A stretch of 64,000 bases of DNA from an uncultured Chloroflexia bacterium. GTDB taxonomy: Bacteria > Chloroflexota > Limnocylindria > Limnocylindrales > CSP1-4. The DNA is taken from the NCBI GenBank assembly GCA_963789725.1, contig CAWBLU010000003.1:317473-381472 (forward strand), read 5' to 3'. The position numbers and the translations under genes were made by a program. The first letter of the stretch is position 1; every line of letters starts with the position of its first letter. The notes beneath the pieces were generated by a model. It searched no databases. It was not told where the DNA came from and was given only the letters and a program-made list of their open reading frames with translations. Positions 63,385 to 64,000 of this stretch are shown one piece after another.

Positions 63385-64000
63385 ATGCGGACCACGCCCG
63401 CTGAGTGCGCGGGCGCCGTCGGGGCGCGGCCTGGGGACGCCCGCCGGCCTCGTCGCGTTCCGGCGGCGCGGAGCCGTCATGCGGTGGGCTACGATGGCGC
63501 CATGGAAGACGGCGGCGGTTTCGGCGGTTTCGGTGGCCCGGGCGATCCGGGCGAGACGGCCGGAATGGGCGGCCTCGGTCGGGGCGGGCTGCAGGGTCTG
63601 GCCGGAGCGGTCGGCCTGAGCGGCGCGCCGGTTCGCGGCACTCGCGATCCGCGGGGCACGGGCGCCGGCGGCCGAGATGCGCGCGACGTCCGAACCGCGA
63701 CGGGGCGCGACGCGACTCGAGAAAGTGCCGGCGAAAAGCTCGAGACGATCGAAATCCAAGGCCAGGGCCGGCCGGCCGGATCGAACACGGTTGCGGAGCC
63801 CGCAACGGTAGGCATCGACGCCGCCGGGCTGACGCTTCAGATCGGCTCGGGGCGCCCGATCCGCGCCGGCTACCGCGACATCAGCCTCGTCGCGGTCCAG
63901 AACGCGACCGTGCTTCTCGTCCTGGGCGACGGCCCCGACGCGATGCGGTTCATCCTCGAGAAGTTCGCCGACCGGCTCGGTCCGATGGTCCGGTTGCTGC
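63385..64000 (+). CDS. hypothetical protein, 3' end outside window
   Basis: Frame open from 63319 to the window end; absent from the track because there is no stop. ATG at 63385 preceded by GGAGAAGG, with an alternative ATG at 63502. The last 60 aa (VGIDAAGLTLQIGSGRPIRAGYRDISLVAVQNATVLLVLGDGPDAMRFILEKF) look like a folded domain. Confidence 0.4.
   Translation, partial: MRTTPAECAGAVGARPGDARRPRRVPAARSRHAVGYDGAMEDGGGFGGFGGPGDPGETAGMGGLGRGGLQGLAGAVGLSGAPVRGTRDPRGTGAGGRDARDVRTATGRDATRESAGEKLETIEIQGQGRPAGSNTVAEPATVGIDAAGLTLQIGSGRPIRAGYRDISLVAVQNATVLLVLGDGPDAMRFILEKFADRLGPMVRLL

Overview
High-GC bacterial chromosome segment (GC judged by eye, not computed), with an Actinomycetota/Chloroflexota-like gene repertoire. 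All calls come from reading the sequence and the ORF track. No database search was run, so family names are by-eye motif recognition. Most of the window is ordinary housekeeping or metabolic DNA: lipA 3' end, polar amino-acid ABC transporter, adenosine deaminase, DUF1015, sugar-type SBP, RDD protein, CPA2 antiporter, a 1315-aa secreted S8 protease, LLM oxidoreductase, aldehyde dehydrogenase, lepB, gltB/gltD, class-III aminotransferase, ABC-2 exporter, trxA/ArsR and a MoxR-DUF58-DUF4129 operon. Many long ORFs in the track are antisense shadows typical of high-GC DNA and were ignored. Two accessory regions stand out. (1) 17726-27024 is a ~9.3-kb integrative element bounded by a perfect 42-bp direct repeat made of the 5' half of tRNA-Arg(TCT). 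It carries a tyrosine integrase, a prim-pol plus P-loop helicase replication module, an iteron block, about 1.2 kb with no credible ORF, and a lone HK97-type major capsid gene with a scaffold-like partner. It has no portal, terminase, tail or lysis genes, so it is a candidate capsid-encoding phage satellite and the most interesting object here. (2) 1391-3500 is a nested tandem repeat: three ~99 %-identical 100-bp units separated by runs of alternating 13/14-nt repeats. An IS256-family element has inserted into it with an 8-bp target duplication. It sits beside an adenosine-deaminase gene fragment and an HTH/PD-(D/E)xK fusion gene. Smaller observations: an orphan DNA methyltransferase next to attL, a BldC/excisionase-like gene preceded by three direct repeats, and intragenic perfect repeats in the S8 protease.
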